DNA of 32,000 nucleotides from Candidatus Electrothrix yaqonensis (GTDB lineage Bacteria; Desulfobacterota; Desulfobulbia; Desulfobulbales; Desulfobulbaceae): NCBI GenBank assembly GCA_047651235.1, contig CP178758.1, positions 2,790,001 to 2,822,000 of the forward strand, read 5' to 3'. Shown piece by piece: positions 25,668 to 32,000 of this stretch (position 1 is its first letter; each line of letters starts with the position of its first letter). The notes under the pieces were generated by a model. It saw only the letters and a program-made list of their open reading frames with translations, ran no database searches and was not told where the DNA came from. The position numbers and the translations under genes were made by a program.

Positions 25668-25817
25668 ATTAACGTACTATGGTTTTTCATGCCCGCATGG
25701 CATGAGAGAATCGGTGTTCGGGTATTTTATTGAGGAGAGGACAGGCTGCAGCGGAACAGTTTTCCCTGCAGTGCAGCCTGTAATTCATGTTCACGATCTG
25801 AGATAGAGGCTGAAAAA

Positions 25818-27026
25818 ATGAAAAAAAAGATTCTGGTGACAGGCTTGGCTGCAGCGGCTGTCGCTCTGTCGGGTACGGCCTTTGCAAATAATTGGTTGCT
25901 GTATCTGCCAGCGATTCTCGCCGGTTCAGAAGGTGGAACAGAGCCGCCGCCTGAGAAGACAGGCAATAACTGGCTGCTGTATCTGCCAGCGATTCTGGCA
26001 GGGAGTCAGGGGAGTGAACCGCCACCGGTGACAGGATTGAATGATACCGGTATAATCGACTGTTCAGGCGTTACCGGTTCAGCTGATTGTGCTTACGGTA
26101 GAGATTTTACTGATAGTGACCCTGGTGACGGCCACGCCGGGTTCAGTTTTACGAAACTTGATAGTACAGGTAAGGCATTGGCTTCTTCTGCGACATCTTG
26201 GGTTTGTGTTCGTGACAATGTCACCGGTTTGGTCTGGATGGATAAAGAATGGATTACGGACGATAAAAAGGATTGGACTACTGCACAGTCAGACGCAGCC
26301 GGTTTTAGTGCCTGCGGGTTGGAGGAATTGGACTGGCGTGTGCCTACCCTCAAGGAGTTGACAAGTATAGTGTCCTATGACGCTGAATCGCCATCAGTGG
26401 ATGGAGACTATTTTCGTTTACCGGCAACTGGCCCGGTTTTCTGGACAGTGAATGCTTCAGCCGTTGATTCTGGCAAGGCTTGGAATATTGATTTTAATTT
26501 CTTCGGACTCCTTGATTATACATCTTCAAAAACAGCAACATTATATGTACGATTTGTTTATGGTACAGAACAAACTGAAGCCTTTACAGATAATGGCACG
26601 ACTGTTACTGATTCAAATACAGGGTTGACATGGAAGAAATGTCTTGAAGGACAGTCTTGGTCCGGTAGTGCCTGTACAGGCACTGTTGCAGAAACAGATT
26701 GGTCAGGAGCCTTGACTGCAGCCAGTGACGCAGGCGCAAATTGGCGTTTACCTAATATCAAGGAATTGCAGTCCATTGCCGATTACCAGAATTCCCAGCC
26801 GGCAATTAACGGAACGTTTTTTCCTGATACGCCCGCCCCAACCTCGAACGTATGGTCTAATTCACCATATGTCGGTGCGTCTAACACCTTATGGTACATG
26901 AGTTTTAACGGCACTGATTCTGGTACAGGCATTGGTTATGGAGAGGCCCTTCCCCTTGGAACTGAAACAGGGACGTATCATGTACGTCTCGTGTGTGACG
27001 GTGACAAGGATGCATGTCCACTATGA
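25818..27026 (+). CDS. Secreted DUF1566 (Lcl C-terminal-like) domain protein with duplicated N-terminal hydrophobic motif
   Basis: Signal peptide MKKKILVTGLAAAAVALSGTAFA. Two DUF1566-type units: TGLVWM...DWRVPTLKELTSIV and TGLTWKKC...ANWRLPNIKELQSIADY. SD AGAGG upstream of the ATG. Confidence 0.8.
   Translation: MKKKILVTGLAAAAVALSGTAFANNWLLYLPAILAGSEGGTEPPPEKTGNNWLLYLPAILAGSQGSEPPPVTGLNDTGIIDCSGVTGSADCAYGRDFTDSDPGDGHAGFSFTKLDSTGKALASSATSWVCVRDNVTGLVWMDKEWITDDKKDWTTAQSDAAGFSACGLEELDWRVPTLKELTSIVSYDAESPSVDGDYFRLPATGPVFWTVNASAVDSGKAWNIDFNFFGLLDYTSSKTATLYVRFVYGTEQTEAFTDNGTTVTDSNTGLTWKKCLEGQSWSGSACTGTVAETDWSGALTAASDAGANWRLPNIKELQSIADYQNSQPAINGTFFPDTPAPTSNVWSNSPYVGASNTLWYMSFNGTDSGTGIGYGEALPLGTETGTYHVRLVCDGDKDACPL
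25887..26006 (+). repeat. Direct repeat encoding NNWLLYLPAILAGS twice, separated by a Pro-rich linker
   Basis: Units at 25887-25928 and 25965-26006 share an identical 23-nt core, ctgctgtatctgccagcgattct. The peptide units are identical over 14 aa. Confidence 0.9.
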
Positions 27027-27066
27027 ACATGCAGCAGCTGGTATCCATTTGTTGAGAAAACTTTCA

Positions 27067-27102
27067 AGATCAGGTATCCTGCCGGGTACCTGATCTTTTT
27101 TA
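27067..27102 (+). terminator. Rho-independent terminator after the DUF1566 gene
   Basis: Perfect 10-bp stem agatcaggta (27067-27076) / tacctgatct (27087-27096), followed by TTTTTTATT. Confidence 0.8.
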
Positions 27103-27140
27103 TTCCGAATAAACCGACTGCTCTATTTTCTATTACAACT

Positions 27141-27635
27141 ATGCCGATCTACGAATTTTTCTGTCAGGACTGCAATACGATCTTTAATTTTTTTTCCAGC
27201 CGCATCAATACTGAAAAACGTCCGGACTGCCCGAAATGCGGGAGAAAGGAGCTGAAGCGCAAGCTCTCCTCCTTTGCCGTTATCGGCAGGGCCAAGGAGG
27301 AGGATGCGGATGATCCACTGGCCGGTCTGGATGAAACCAAAATGGAGCACGCCCTTGAGGGGATGATGCGGGAAGCCGAAGGGATGAATGAAGACGATCC
27401 CCGCCAGATGGCCCAGCTGATGCGCAAGCTTTCCGATAAAATCGGCATCACGATGGGAGAACAGATGGAAGAGGCACTTTCCCGGATGGAAGCCGGAGAA
27501 GACCCGGATCAGATTGAGCAGGAAATGGGCGATCTCATGGATTCTGATGATGCCTTTTCCCTGGAAGGACTGGAAAAGAAAATCCGTTCCGGCCCCAGAC
27601 CGCCGGTTCACGATGAAACCCTGTATGAACTGTAA
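27141..27635 (+). CDS. FmdB-family zinc-ribbon protein (CxxC...CxxC) with acidic C-terminal tail
   Basis: MPIYEFFCQDCNTIFNFFSSRINTEKRPDCPKCGRKELKRKLSSF matches the FmdB/TIGR02605-type N-terminus. There is no obvious SD, so the start is less certain. Confidence 0.7.
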   Translation: MPIYEFFCQDCNTIFNFFSSRINTEKRPDCPKCGRKELKRKLSSFAVIGRAKEEDADDPLAGLDETKMEHALEGMMREAEGMNEDDPRQMAQLMRKLSDKIGITMGEQMEEALSRMEAGEDPDQIEQEMGDLMDSDDAFSLEGLEKKIRSGPRPPVHDETLYEL

Positions 27636-27700
27636 TTGCGTTGTAATCGGAGAGCGGAAGGGAATCAACCGGAAAAGAAACAGAGGGCACGGAGGGAGCT

Positions 27701-28831
27701 GTGGGTACGGACAACATCGTTTTTCTGGAAGCGCTGGAATGGTTTGACGAAACCGGTCAGGAACTGCTGCATCGGCTACCAGAACGCGGTTCCGGTGAAA
27801 TTAAATTCGGTGCCCAGCTGACAGTGCGGGAAAGTCAGGCCGCAGTTCTGTATTACAAGGGCAGGGCAGGGGATGCCTTCGGCCCGGGCCGACATACTCT
27901 GAAGACCGGTAATATTCCGATCATCACCAAGATACTTTCTGTGCCGTGGGCCGGGATCAGCCCGTTGCGGGCCGAGGTGTATTTTGTCAACCTCAAGGTC
28001 TTTACCAATTTGAAATGGGGCACTCGTGATCCGGTGGCGTTTCGGGATTCTGAACTCGGTTTTGTCCGTCTGCGGGCACACGGAGTCTTTAATATCCGCA
28101 TCGTCCAACCGGTGCTGTTCATTAACACGCTTGCCGGGACTATGGGCAAGTACACCACGGAACAGATCGAGACGTATCTGCGTCGGGTCATTGTTTCCCG
28201 GCTCAATGATTATCTCGGTGAGACCCTGGATACCCTGTTTGATCTGCCTGCCCAGTTTGATGAACTGGCTGCTGGACTGAAAAAACGGCTGGTCAAGGAT
28301 TTCATCCGTTTCGGGCTGGCCCTGGATGAGCTGTATATTTCCTCCATCACCCCGCCGGAAGACGTGCAGACCGCCATTGACGACCGCAGCCGCCTAGGTG
28401 CGATCCGTGATATGGACAAGTTTGTCCGCATGAAAGCCGGAATGGCTATGGAAAAAGCTGCGCAGGCCGACAACGGAGCCGGGGCCGGTTTGGGACTGGG
28501 CATGGGAATGATGATGCCGGCCATGTTTGCGGGAATGCAGCCGCAGGCGGCGGGCCAAGGCCAGCAGGCTGCAGCACTGCCGACAACTCAGTGCTCCGAC
28601 TGTACAAACATGATCCCTGCAGACGCCCGTTTCTGCCCGTTCTGCGGTCATCAGCAGGTCGTTCTGCTGCAATGCAGCAATTGCGACAAAAATCTGACGC
28701 CCGGAGCAAAATTCTGTTCCCGTTGCGGTCATCCGGCGGATGAAAAACCAGCAGCCCGAATCTGCTCCAACTGCGGAAATGAAAATTTACCCGGTGCGAA
28801 ATTCTGTGACAACTGCGGCCAGAAGATCTGA
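27701..28831 (+). CDS. SPFH (stomatin/prohibitin/flotillin-like) domain protein with three C-terminal zinc ribbons (COG4260 / B. subtilis YdjI-like)
   Basis: GTG start preceded by GGAGGGAGCT. The N-terminus FLEALEWFDETGQELLHRLP...IKFGAQLTVRESQAAVLYYKG...RAEVYFVN resembles YdjI-type SPFH proteins. A Gly/Met-rich linker follows. Three CxxC-N9-CxxC units come last (CSDCTNMIPADARFCPFCG, CSNCDKNLTPGAKFCSRCG, CSNCGNENLPGAKFCDNCG). Confidence 0.8.
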   Translation: MGTDNIVFLEALEWFDETGQELLHRLPERGSGEIKFGAQLTVRESQAAVLYYKGRAGDAFGPGRHTLKTGNIPIITKILSVPWAGISPLRAEVYFVNLKVFTNLKWGTRDPVAFRDSELGFVRLRAHGVFNIRIVQPVLFINTLAGTMGKYTTEQIETYLRRVIVSRLNDYLGETLDTLFDLPAQFDELAAGLKKRLVKDFIRFGLALDELYISSITPPEDVQTAIDDRSRLGAIRDMDKFVRMKAGMAMEKAAQADNGAGAGLGLGMGMMMPAMFAGMQPQAAGQGQQAAALPTTQCSDCTNMIPADARFCPFCGHQQVVLLQCSNCDKNLTPGAKFCSRCGHPADEKPAARICSNCGNENLPGAKFCDNCGQKI

Positions 28832-28840
28832 CTGAGTCTC

Positions 28841-29650
28841 CTACCGGATCAGCGATTTTTCAGGATGAAGACCGGAAGCAGCTGTGGTATTGGGCATGAG
28901 CATGCTGTCAGGCCCGATCAGCGTTCCCGGATTGGTCACTGAGTTGCAGCCGGTCTGGACTCTGTCGCCGAGAATGGCGCCCAGCTTCCGCAGACCAGTA
29001 TCAAAACTGCCCCTGTCAGTTCTGACCTGAATAGTGCCGGACAGAAAACGCAGATTGGCAAATTTGGTTCCAGCGCCGAGATTGGCATTGTTGCCGAGGA
29101 TGGAGTCACCAAGATAGGCAAAATGACCGGCCTTGGCATCGTTGAGAAAGATTGAGTGTTTGACCTCGGTGCTGTGCCCGATCACACACCGTCTGCCGGT
29201 CAGGCAATATCCCCGTAAATAGGCACCCTGCCGTATTTCCGTATGATCGCCGATTATTGCCGGTTCTTTGATCAGCGCACCGGATTCAATGAGCACTCCT
29301 TTACCCAGCAGAATATCGCTGCCCATGAGCACGGCCCCGGCCATCATCACAGAGGCGCCCGGCAGTTCCAGCCCGTCCCGCATAACGGATAATTTCCCCT
29401 TGGTGACATCATTCCAAGAAAAAGTACAGCCTTCCGCGCTCTGTAGTTCCTGCTGATACAGAAGCAGATGACGCTGCAGAGGAACGCCGTCCTGCAGCTC
29501 CTTATGAGTGAGCGGCGTGAACGGGCTGCCGGTAAGACTGTTCATATATGCCTTCAGATTTTTCAGTCCGTCCCAGACATGCCCGGTGCCCTGAAAAATG
29601 CTGCTGTGGTCAAATTCTGTCAGATCAAAAAAGGATGGAGCGTCAAGCAT
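28841..29650 (-). CDS. Hexapeptide-repeat (left-handed beta-helix) transferase-family protein
   Basis: The C-terminal half has imperfect hexapeptide repeats reminiscent of the GlmU LbH region (IGDHTEIRQGAYLRG...IGHSTEVKHSIFLNDAKAGHFAYLGDSILGNNANLGAGTKFAN). The specific function is not assignable from sequence. Confidence 0.55.
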   Translation of the reverse strand: MLDAPSFFDLTEFDHSSIFQGTGHVWDGLKNLKAYMNSLTGSPFTPLTHKELQDGVPLQRHLLLYQQELQSAEGCTFSWNDVTKGKLSVMRDGLELPGASVMMAGAVLMGSDILLGKGVLIESGALIKEPAIIGDHTEIRQGAYLRGYCLTGRRCVIGHSTEVKHSIFLNDAKAGHFAYLGDSILGNNANLGAGTKFANLRFLSGTIQVRTDRGSFDTGLRKLGAILGDRVQTGCNSVTNPGTLIGPDSMLMPNTTAASGLHPEKSLIR

Positions 29651-29958
29651 TGTCTGTCTCTGTTGAGTGAACTTTTTGAGGGCGCAAGATTGTCTGTCTT
29701 CGGAAAAATATCGGCTTTGTTTTTTCTGCGCAACAGAGTAAAAAGGCGGCCTGCACCGCTGCGCTGTTCTGTTTTCCGCACATTTTCTGACTTTCTGCTC
29801 AGAGAGGCTAATGCCTCCCTTGACTTACTATAAGGTTATGTTTAGTTTCTTTCAACCACAGAAACAGTACGTGAATGTACCTGTGATGCGGGGACAGTGC
29901 TGCCTGTCGTCCTGTAAAGGAGAATGGGTAGTAACTTTATGATATTAAGAGGATAAAA

Positions 29959-32000
29959 ATGGAATTTGACGACTCGTTATCCGCAAGTATGGATGATTTT
30001 GCTGAAAATACCCAGGATCTGGACATCCCTGAAGAACTCCCCATGATGGCCGTTCGGGACGTGGTGGTCTTCAATTATATGATCTTGCCCTTGTTTGTCG
30101 GGCGGCCCGGCTCTGTATCTGCGGTGAATGAGGCGATGGAGGGCGACAAGCTGCTGATGCTGGTCACCCAAAAAGATGCGACCAGTGATGAGCCGGAACC
30201 GGATGACCTCTACAAAGTCGGCATGGTTTCCATGATCATGCGGACCCTGAAACTGCCGGACGGTCGCCTGAAGGTGCTGGTTCAGGCCCTGTCCAAGGCG
30301 GAAATTAAAGAGTATACGCAGAAGAAACCGCATTTCCGGGTAAAGATTGCTCTGGCTGAAGAAGAGGAAGCGGAAAAAGTTACAGTGGAAGTGGAAGCCC
30401 TGATGCGTCTGGTCCGGGAGCAGACCGAAAAGATTATGTCGCTGCGCGGCATCCTTTCCGCTGATCTGATGGCGATTGTCAATAATATCGAAGATCCGGG
30501 CAGGCTTGCCGATCTGGTAGGGTCCAATCTCCGTCTTAAAGTGGCTGAGTCTCAGAAGATTCTGGAGACCACGCATCCGATTGAACGGCTGCGCCTGGTT
30601 GCCAAACTGCTGAATAAGGAAATGGAGGTGGCCACGGTCCAGGCCAAAATCCAGTCCGATGCCAAGGAAGAGATGTCGCGCTCCCAGCGGGAGTATTTTC
30701 TCCGGGAACAGCTCCATGCCCTGAAAAAAGAGCTGGGCGATGAGGATTCCTATTCCGAGGAGATCGAAGATCTGCGCAAGAAGCTCAAAAAGAAGAAAAT
30801 GCCCAAGTATGCCCGCAAGGAGGCACGCAAGGAGCTGAAGCGGCTCGATATGATGCATCCTGATGCGTCTGAGGCCAATATCATCCGAACCTATATCGAA
30901 TGGATCATTGACCTGCCGTGGAAAAAATCTTCCAAGGATCTGCTGGACCTGGAAAAAGCGGCGCGGGTACTTGACGAAGATCATCACGGACTGGAGCGGA
31001 TCAAAGAGCGGATTCTTGAATTTCTTGCCGTACGTAAGCTGAACAGCGGGACAAAAGGGCCGATCCTCTGTTTTGCCGGACCTCCCGGAGTGGGAAAAAC
31101 CTCGTTGGGTCAGGCTGTAGCCAGGGCGATGGGCCGTAAATTCTATCGCTTATCCCTCGGCGGGATGCGGGATGAAGCGGAGATCCGGGGGCACCGCCGG
31201 ACCTACATCGGTGCCATGCCGGGCCGGATCCTGCAGGGCCTGAAAAACGTGGGTACCAACAATCCGGTCTTTATGATGGACGAAATCGACAAGATCGGCT
31301 CGGATTATCGCGGCGATCCTTCCTCAGCCCTGCTGGAAGTCCTTGATCCGGAACAGAACAATACCTTTTCCGATCATTATATGAACATGCCTTTTGATTT
31401 ATCCAAGGTCATGTTTATCACCACAGCCAACCGGACAGATACCATTCCCGGTCCGCTGCTCGACCGCATGGAGATTATCCGGCTTGCCGGATATACTCAG
31501 GAAGAAAAAATGGTGATTGCCCGGAAATACCTGCTGCCGCGACAGGTCAAAGAGAACGGGATCAAACCCCGTCTGATCAAAATAGATGACAAGAATCTGG
31601 AGACGGTCATCACCAACTATACTCTGGAAGCCGGGGTGCGGAATCTGGAGCGGGAATTAGGCAAAATCTGCCGGAAGTTGGCCCGAAAGATTGCTGAAGG
31701 CGGCAAAGGGCCGTATACAATCTCGAAAAACACCTTGGAAAAATATCTCGGGCCGCCGAAATTCCTTCCAGAAACAGAACTGGATACCCTGCAGCAGCCC
31801 GGGCTGGCCATCGGGCTGGCCTGGACTTCCGTCGGGGGCGCTCTGCTCCATATAGAAACTTCGGTTCTGCCGGGCAAAGGCAAGCTGATCCTGACCGGTC
31901 AGTTGGGTGAAGTGATGAAGGAATCGGCTCAGGCTGCGGTGACCTACTGCCGCAGCCGGAGCAAAACCCTCGGTCTGGAGGACGGATATTTTGACAAGAT
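29959..32000 (+). CDS. lon: ATP-dependent Lon protease, 5' ~680 codons; truncated by the window edge; absent from the supplied ORF track
   Basis: Hand translation from the ATG at 29959 gives MEFDDS...LPMMAVRDVVVFNYMILPLFVGRPGSVSAVNEAM (Lon N-domain). Walker A GPPGVGKTS is encoded at ~31080-31106. Walker B-like PVFMMDEIDK follows. The frame is open to the window end. The 336-aa minus-strand track ORF at 29977-30987 is its antisense shadow. Confidence 0.9.
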   Translation, partial: MEFDDSLSASMDDFAENTQDLDIPEELPMMAVRDVVVFNYMILPLFVGRPGSVSAVNEAMEGDKLLMLVTQKDATSDEPEPDDLYKVGMVSMIMRTLKLPDGRLKVLVQALSKAEIKEYTQKKPHFRVKIALAEEEEAEKVTVEVEALMRLVREQTEKIMSLRGILSADLMAIVNNIEDPGRLADLVGSNLRLKVAESQKILETTHPIERLRLVAKLLNKEMEVATVQAKIQSDAKEEMSRSQREYFLREQLHALKKELGDEDSYSEEIEDLRKKLKKKKMPKYARKEARKELKRLDMMHPDASEANIIRTYIEWIIDLPWKKSSKDLLDLEKAARVLDEDHHGLERIKERILEFLAVRKLNSGTKGPILCFAGPPGVGKTSLGQAVARAMGRKFYRLSLGGMRDEAEIRGHRRTYIGAMPGRILQGLKNVGTNNPVFMMDEIDKIGSDYRGDPSSALLEVLDPEQNNTFSDHYMNMPFDLSKVMFITTANRTDTIPGPLLDRMEIIRLAGYTQEEKMVIARKYLLPRQVKENGIKPRLIKIDDKNLETVITNYTLEAGVRNLERELGKICRKLARKIAEGGKGPYTISKNTLEKYLGPPKFLPETELDTLQQPGLAIGLAWTSVGGALLHIETSVLPGKGKLILTGQLGEVMKESAQAAVTYCRSRSKTLGLEDGYFDK

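Noticed and set aside
25674..25817. c-di-GMP or other known riboswitch in the DUF1566 leader, which would be attractive next to pilus and adhesin genes
   Set aside because: I could not find the conserved GEMM-type or any other riboswitch core sequence I know. Only generic hairpins are visible, so no class is claimed.
27123..27668. 181-aa minus-strand ORF overlapping the FmdB-like gene
   Set aside because: The plus-strand frame gives the characteristic MPIYEF-C-x2-C ... C-P-x-C-G zinc-ribbon N-terminus. The antisense product is featureless.
29977..30987. 336-aa minus-strand ORF
   Set aside because: It is the antisense of lon. The plus strand translates into an unmistakable Lon N-domain and AAA+ Walker A motif. 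The minus-strand product is F/L/Q/R-rich with no recognisable features.
1..32000. Mobile elements, CRISPR arrays, tRNA/rRNA genes, toxin-antitoxin or known defence systems
   Set aside because: I found no short direct-repeat arrays, no transposase, integrase or recombinase-like translations, no tRNA T-loop/acceptor patterns, and no recognisable defence-gene motifs while reading both strands. An absence established by eye is not proof.

Overview
This looks like a bacterial chromosomal window. GC is about 50% by eye, and the gene content looks Desulfobacterota/deltaproteobacterial, but that is only a guess. From about 1.5 to 18.9 kb, all on the minus strand, there are two tandem type IV pilus minor-pilin/tip modules with a terminator between them. 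Each module is ordered GspH/FimT-like pseudopilin(s), then PilW-like, PilV-like, PilX-like, then a giant PilY1-like adhesin (1657 aa and 2132 aa). Directly upstream (19.2-22.2 kb, minus strand) lie an NtrC-family sigma-54 activator and a sensor histidine kinase. I can read -24/-12 sigma-54-type elements in front of both pilus modules. The right third of the window is mostly unrelated: a small secreted protein, family II inorganic pyrophosphatase (ppaC), 3-dehydroquinate synthase (aroB), a DUF1566/Lcl-like secreted protein, an FmdB-type zinc-ribbon protein, an SPFH protein with three C-terminal zinc ribbons, a hexapeptide-repeat (LbH) protein, and the 5' two thirds of lon. Two edge-truncated genes are missing from the supplied ORF track and were translated by hand (1-702 minus strand; lon 29959-32000 plus strand). 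I saw no rRNA, tRNA, CRISPR array, transposase or integrase. The most interesting signal is that the two PilY1 paralogs share a split vWA domain and a C-terminal propeller but carry different inserted modules. One has three CBM5/12-like repeats plus a Cys-rich region. The other has a golvesin-like beta-sandwich signature plus eight DNDGDG calcium-loop cassettes. All domain calls come from motif recognition by eye and need HMM or structure confirmation.
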